Position numbers and translations under genes: made by a program. The notes beneath the pieces are model-generated. The model was not told the origin of the DNA and searched no databases. It saw only the letters and a list, made by a program, of their open reading frames with translations. A DNA stretch of 64,000 bases from Desulfatiglandales bacterium (GTDB lineage: Bacteria; Desulfobacterota; DSM-4660; Desulfatiglandales; Desulfatiglandaceae). The DNA is taken from assembly GCA_963666345.1 (NCBI GenBank), contig OY762721.1:736001-800000 (forward strand), written 5' to 3'. Shown piece after piece: positions 59,753 to 64,000 of the stretch. Numbering within the stretch: position 1 is the first letter of the stretch; each line of letters opens with the position of its first letter.

Positions 59753-61294
59753 ATGCGTGTTATTCTTATTATATCAGATACCTTTAGGTATGATTTATTG
59801 GCAAAAGAGGGGAAAATGGCCGCCAGCACCCCGGAATTGGATCAACTTATCGAGGATTCGGTGTTTTTCGAACGTCATTACGCCGGAAGCTTCCCCACTG
59901 TTCCGCACCGGTTCGACATGTACACCGGGACATGCGGATTTCCTTACAGGGGATGGGAGATACTCGGACCTAAGGATATTACCCTTGGCGAAATTCTTAT
60001 GGACCACGGCTATATCACGCAACTTATTGCGGATACGGCCAACCTGCTGCGGCGCGGGATGAACTATGATCGCGGCTATCTGGGCTATTATCTTACACGC
60101 GGCCAGGAACGGGATATATACCTCACAAAAATGAACCGCCCTATTGAGTATGTTATTCCTCTTGCCAAGTCTCGCCACACAACCTACTTTCGCGACCACG
60201 CCCAGGTGGATATAGCCAGATGGATCAATGATGAGTGGCTGTGGGAAGAAGACCGCTTTGCGGCACGCACGTGTCAGGTGGCGGGGCGATGGCTTGAATC
60301 AAACTACAAGGAGGAGAACTTCTTTCTGCACCTTGACATGTTTGATCCACATGAGCCGTGGGATCCACCGGAATACTTTGTCGCAAAATATGCCGACCCT
60401 GAATATAAAGGCACACCCATGATGTATCCGAATTACGGCCCGGCCGATATATTTACCGAGGCTGAAATAGACAACATGTCGGCCCACTACAAGGCGGAAG
60501 CTGAAATGACCAGCAAGTGGATAGGCAATGTGATCCGTAAGATAAAAGATGTGGGCATATATGATGAAAGCCTTATCATTTTTGCTAGTGATCACGGCCT
60601 GTACCTGGGCGAGCATAATAGAACCGGTAAGCTTAACATCTCCAAAGATGACAAACGTGGGCCCTGGCCGCTCTATGAAGAGCTGATTCGCGTCCCGTTG
60701 GCCATAAAGATGCCGGGTAACAAACTGGCGGGGAAAAGAATAACTGAGATAGTGCAGCCCGTTGATCTGCTGCCGACTATTCTCGATATTGCAGGCATAT
60801 CGACTGATCAGAAGCTGCCGGCAAAAGCGCTTCTGCCTGATCGCGAAATCATAATGGAAAATCCCGGGATAATCCTAGGCCGCGAGAAAGGCCTGAATCC
60901 CCTTGACGGAAAATCTCTTGTTCCTCTCATGGAAAATGACGCGATTTCATGGGACCGCAGATACGCCTTTTCATCTCAGAAGGTTGGAAGGGTAGGAGGA
61001 CAGACATCAGGGCCTATGCCTGTGCTGCCTGAAGCAGAAGATACAGTAAACTGGATTACCGTTACAGGCAAGCAGCATGCACTGGTAATCGGAGGAAAGC
61101 GGGATGACCTCCCCGAGCTTTACGACCTTGAAAGTGACGGGCGGCAGGCAAATAATATCTTTTCCGAAAAAAGAGAACTTGCCCAGGAGATGGCTGGTGC
61201 CCTCTTCACCTATCTTGAACAGAACAACGTTGAAAGCGACCTTATAGATATTTATCGCACAAGGCTCGATATAGGTGACAAAACCGATGCCTAG
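59753..61294 (+). CDS. Sulfatase-like alkaline-phosphatase-superfamily hydrolase with Thr at the nucleophile position
   Basis: ISDTFRYD, SFPTVPHR..TG, FDPHEPWDPP, SDHG, VDLLPTILD, ELYDL. Confidence 0.85.
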   Translation: MRVILIISDTFRYDLLAKEGKMAASTPELDQLIEDSVFFERHYAGSFPTVPHRFDMYTGTCGFPYRGWEILGPKDITLGEILMDHGYITQLIADTANLLRRGMNYDRGYLGYYLTRGQERDIYLTKMNRPIEYVIPLAKSRHTTYFRDHAQVDIARWINDEWLWEEDRFAARTCQVAGRWLESNYKEENFFLHLDMFDPHEPWDPPEYFVAKYADPEYKGTPMMYPNYGPADIFTEAEIDNMSAHYKAEAEMTSKWIGNVIRKIKDVGIYDESLIIFASDHGLYLGEHNRTGKLNISKDDKRGPWPLYEELIRVPLAIKMPGNKLAGKRITEIVQPVDLLPTILDIAGISTDQKLPAKALLPDREIIMENPGIILGREKGLNPLDGKSLVPLMENDAISWDRRYAFSSQKVGRVGGQTSGPMPVLPEAEDTVNWITVTGKQHALVIGGKRDDLPELYDLESDGRQANNIFSEKRELAQEMAGALFTYLEQNNVESDLIDIYRTRLDIGDKTDA

Positions 61295-61406
61295 GGCGTA
61301 AATACAATCAACTGACAGCGATTAATCGTTGATTACGGCCCTCGTAATAACCACATAATTCATGAAAAATGACACCAGCTCATGATTTTACATGTGAAAA
61401 ACTGAC

Positions 61407-61539
61407 GCCCAATAATAGGCACCCGGACGGGTCATTGCCTATTATTGGGCTTTCTTTTCGGTTGTTTATCTGGTATCAAAACAAAAGATATACAATCACG
61501 CACATTTGCAAAGAAGTAGAATCTGGCACGTAAATTGCT
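61407..61539 (+). promoter_or_regulatory. Sigma54 promoter with paired palindromic upstream sites, upstream of the larA homologue
   Basis: gcccaataataggc (61407) and gcctattattgggc (61437); TGGCACGTAAATTGC at 61524. Confidence 0.75.
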
Positions 61540-61582
61540 GTATGTATTTTAGAAAAATTTTTTTTTGAAAGAGGCCTTTTTG

Positions 61583-62872
61583 ATGGATGTCGAGCTAAAA
61601 TATGGGAAGGGGTCCAGATTGATCAAGATCCCTTCAAAGGCTAAGGTGACCATGCTGAACCCTGCTACCCTTCCTGCATTGGGAAATATTTCAGGGTCAC
61701 TTGATTCGGCCTTGTCCTCCCCGGTAGAACGGCCCGCTCTAGTGGACTATCTTTCGGAAAAAAGGCCCAAAACCATTTCCATTGCCATTTCCGACGAAAG
61801 CAGACCGGTACCGGTCAAAGCCATCATCCCTTCACTCCTCAAGCATCTCTATAAAGCGCTTCCCGGCCTAAAGCCTTCTGACGTGACGATTGTGATAGGA
61901 GGTGGCCTGCATCCGCCCCCCGATAAAGCGGGTATAGAGAGGATCATCCCCTCTTCTCTGACCCAGGGTTGCAGAGTGACGGCACATGATGCCATCTCCT
62001 CGAAAGTCAGCGATTTCGGAGTAACTACGCGCGGAACCCCGGTACGCATAAATCGGGAATTGGCAACTGGTGACTGCAAGATCTCCATCGGCCTCATAGA
62101 CCCCCATCAGTTCGTCGGTTTTACAGGGGGCGCAAAGGGTGTGGTAATAGGCTGTGCCGCCGCGGAAACCATCGAACATAATCACAAGCTCATGTATGAA
62201 GACAACGCCCAGGTCGGCAGGCTGGAGGGCAACCCCGTAAGGGAGGACCTGAATGAGGCGGGGGACCGGGTGGGGATAGATTATGCGATAAATGTGGTGC
62301 TTAACGGGGATAAAAAGGCTGTTGAACTTTTTTGCGGAGAGCCGAAAGCGGTGCTTAAAAAGGGAGCTGCCGTATGTGCCTCCCTGTACGGGGTAGGGAT
62401 AAAGAAAAAGTTTGATATGGTTATTGCGTCATGTGGGGGTTTTCCAAAGGATATCTGTCTGTATCAGGCCCAGAAGGGGCTAAATCTTGCTTCACATGCC
62501 GTTAGGGAAGGTGGGAAAATCCTGCTTCTGGCCGCCTCTTCTCAGGGAGTGGGAGATGACGTTTATTTGGACTATGTCTCGCGCTTTGCAACTCCCCGGG
62601 AGGTTCTTGATGACTTTGCCGAAAGTGGATTCAAGATGGGCGCTCACAAGGCATATCTGTTCGGAAGGACCCTTGCCAGTTATGATGTTGCGGTGGCCTC
62701 CGAGCTCGATGCCGATGTTCTGAGGACCTGCCAGCTCAAGGCCGTAGCCCCTGACTCTACCATTGAGAAATGGGTCAGGGATTTCGAGGGGCGCCCGCGC
62801 GTCGCGGTCGTCCCCAATGCAAATACAACCTATTTTTACCAGGAAGGACTTGAAATAAAGGGGCAAAAATAA
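61583..62872 (+). CDS. LarA-family nickel-pincer hydroxyacid racemase
   Basis: SDESRP, GGLH, PHQFVGFTGGAK, NH, LYQAQKG. Confidence 0.9.
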   Translation: MDVELKYGKGSRLIKIPSKAKVTMLNPATLPALGNISGSLDSALSSPVERPALVDYLSEKRPKTISIAISDESRPVPVKAIIPSLLKHLYKALPGLKPSDVTIVIGGGLHPPPDKAGIERIIPSSLTQGCRVTAHDAISSKVSDFGVTTRGTPVRINRELATGDCKISIGLIDPHQFVGFTGGAKGVVIGCAAAETIEHNHKLMYEDNAQVGRLEGNPVREDLNEAGDRVGIDYAINVVLNGDKKAVELFCGEPKAVLKKGAAVCASLYGVGIKKKFDMVIASCGGFPKDICLYQAQKGLNLASHAVREGGKILLLAASSQGVGDDVYLDYVSRFATPREVLDDFAESGFKMGAHKAYLFGRTLASYDVAVASELDADVLRTCQLKAVAPDSTIEKWVRDFEGRPRVAVVPNANTTYFYQEGLEIKGQK

Positions 62873-63150
62873 GACGGGAGGCCAAAAGGTTTCATCGAAG
62901 TTTGAGCAGGCTTTCAAGAATGAACAATCGAGAAAGAACCGGCTCTTAACTGCCGATTCTTCTAAATCGATGAGGCGAATACCAGAGGCATGAGTTTCTG
63001 CTCACCAGGCCTATCGGGAATGCACAATAATCTTTGGTCCTTACCCGGTTTTTCGGATAAGATTCGGTTTGTAAAGGGGTGCATCTACAATTTAACAGGA
63101 ACGGCTGAGCACTCCGCAGCTTTTCCACTGACGTAAGGAGGCTAGTTACA

Positions 63151-64000
63151 ATGAAAAAAGCATTATTTACTATCTTTGTTTTTCTTTGCGTGTGTGCCTT
63201 CACCATGCCGGCAATGGCGGCAGACAAGTATCCTTCAAGGCCTATAACCTACCAGGTGGCATTTCCTCCCGGCGGCCAATCAGACCTTGAAGCACGAAGG
63301 CAGCAGCCCTACCTGGAAAAAATTCTTGGACAAAAGGTCATTATTCAGTACAAACCGGGCGGAGGGGGATCCATCTGCTGGGCTGATCTTGTAAAACAGA
63401 AACCGGACGGTTATTTCGTAGCCGGTTTTAACGTTCCCCACATTGTCCTTCAGCCACTTGCTCGCGGCAACGCCGGATATGAAACCGATCAGCTTACCCC
63501 TATCGCCATCTTTCAGGCTACCGCGCTGGGTCTTGCCGTAATGAAAGATTCCCGTTTCAAGACGATTAAGGACCTGGTGGAATTCGCTAAAAAGCACCCC
63601 GGTGAAGTCGTTGCGGGTGGTTCGGGCACATGGTCGGGTCCCCACCTGGCATTTCTGCAGTTCTGCACACTTGCCGGCATCGAGATGACCTGGATTCCTT
63701 ATAAAGGGGCAGCCCCGGGGGTAGCCGCATTCCTTGGCAAGCATATTGAGATTACCCTTGCCAATTCCAATGACCTTGTATCTCATAAGGATAAGATTCG
63801 TGTACTTGCAATGGGCACGGAGGAACGCTTCAAACACTTTCCCGACACACCCACTTTTCAGGAGCTGGGCTATGACATGACCGCCAGTGTTGACCGCGGC
63901 TTGGCCGGACCTCCGGGGTTTCCCGAGGAAGCGGTCAAAGTCCTTGAAAAGGCATGCCTTGATATCGCCTCAAAGCCAGAGGTGGTTGCAGCCCTTGAAC
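63151..64000 (+). CDS. Tripartite tricarboxylate transporter binding protein (TctC/Bug), runs off the window end
   Basis: AAGGAGG RBS; signal peptide; YPSRPI..VAFPPGGQSD, KPGGGG, PDGY, IPYKG, PDTPTFQELGY. Confidence 0.92.
   Translation, partial: MKKALFTIFVFLCVCAFTMPAMAADKYPSRPITYQVAFPPGGQSDLEARRQQPYLEKILGQKVIIQYKPGGGGSICWADLVKQKPDGYFVAGFNVPHIVLQPLARGNAGYETDQLTPIAIFQATALGLAVMKDSRFKTIKDLVEFAKKHPGEVVAGGSGTWSGPHLAFLQFCTLAGIEMTWIPYKGAAPGVAAFLGKHIEITLANSNDLVSHKDKIRVLAMGTEERFKHFPDTPTFQELGYDMTASVDRGLAGPPGFPEEAVKVLEKACLDIASKPEVVAALE

Noticed and set aside
61407..61458. 15-bp inverted repeat as only a terminator of the sulfatase-like gene
   Set aside because: It may also terminate, but its arms match those at 56574-56618 and both pairs sit at nearly the same distance from sigma54 boxes
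62880..63140. Riboswitch upstream of the TctC-like gene
   Set aside because: No recognisable aptamer consensus by eye; an Rfam scan would be needed
63280..63837. 185-aa minus-strand ORF
   Set aside because: Antisense shadow of the TctC-like gene; the many similar overlapping ORFs in the track were dismissed for the same reason

Overview
Chromosomal window from an anaerobic Desulfobacterota-like bacterium (inferred from gene content). Left: a partial adenylate cyclase, an orphan class I benzoyl-CoA reductase activator pair (bzdP/bzdQ-like) with a BzdV-like oxidoreductase, and a decayed integron-cassette/group IIC intron patch. Next is a complete class II (tungsten) benzoyl-CoA reductase operon bamBCDEFGHI, in which bamE and bamF each carry an in-frame UGA with a SECIS-like hairpin (selenoproteins split by the ORF track). 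It is headed by a DUF2080-like gene and a GNAT gene under a promoter covered by 11-bp direct repeats. Middle: a ~5.1-kb remnant integrative island at tRNA-Leu(CAG) with an IS21 element, then ribF, a TAXI transporter, an acyl-CoA ligase/enoyl-CoA hydratase/2-oxoacid:ferredoxin oxidoreductase operon and several decayed genes. Right: an organosulfonate (DHPS/sulfolactate) catabolic region with LacI, an HpsKLM-like TRAP transporter, an aldehyde:ferredoxin oxidoreductase, a hydroxyisobutyrate-dehydrogenase-family enzyme, suyAB, a Thr-type sulfatase-like gene, a LarA-family racemase and a TctC-like binding protein. The most notable signal is that suyAB and the larA homologue share the same sigma54 promoter architecture and paired palindromic upstream sites. 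This points (by inference) to a nickel-pincer sulfolactate racemase, alongside a possible ferredoxin-coupled sulfolactaldehyde oxidation step.
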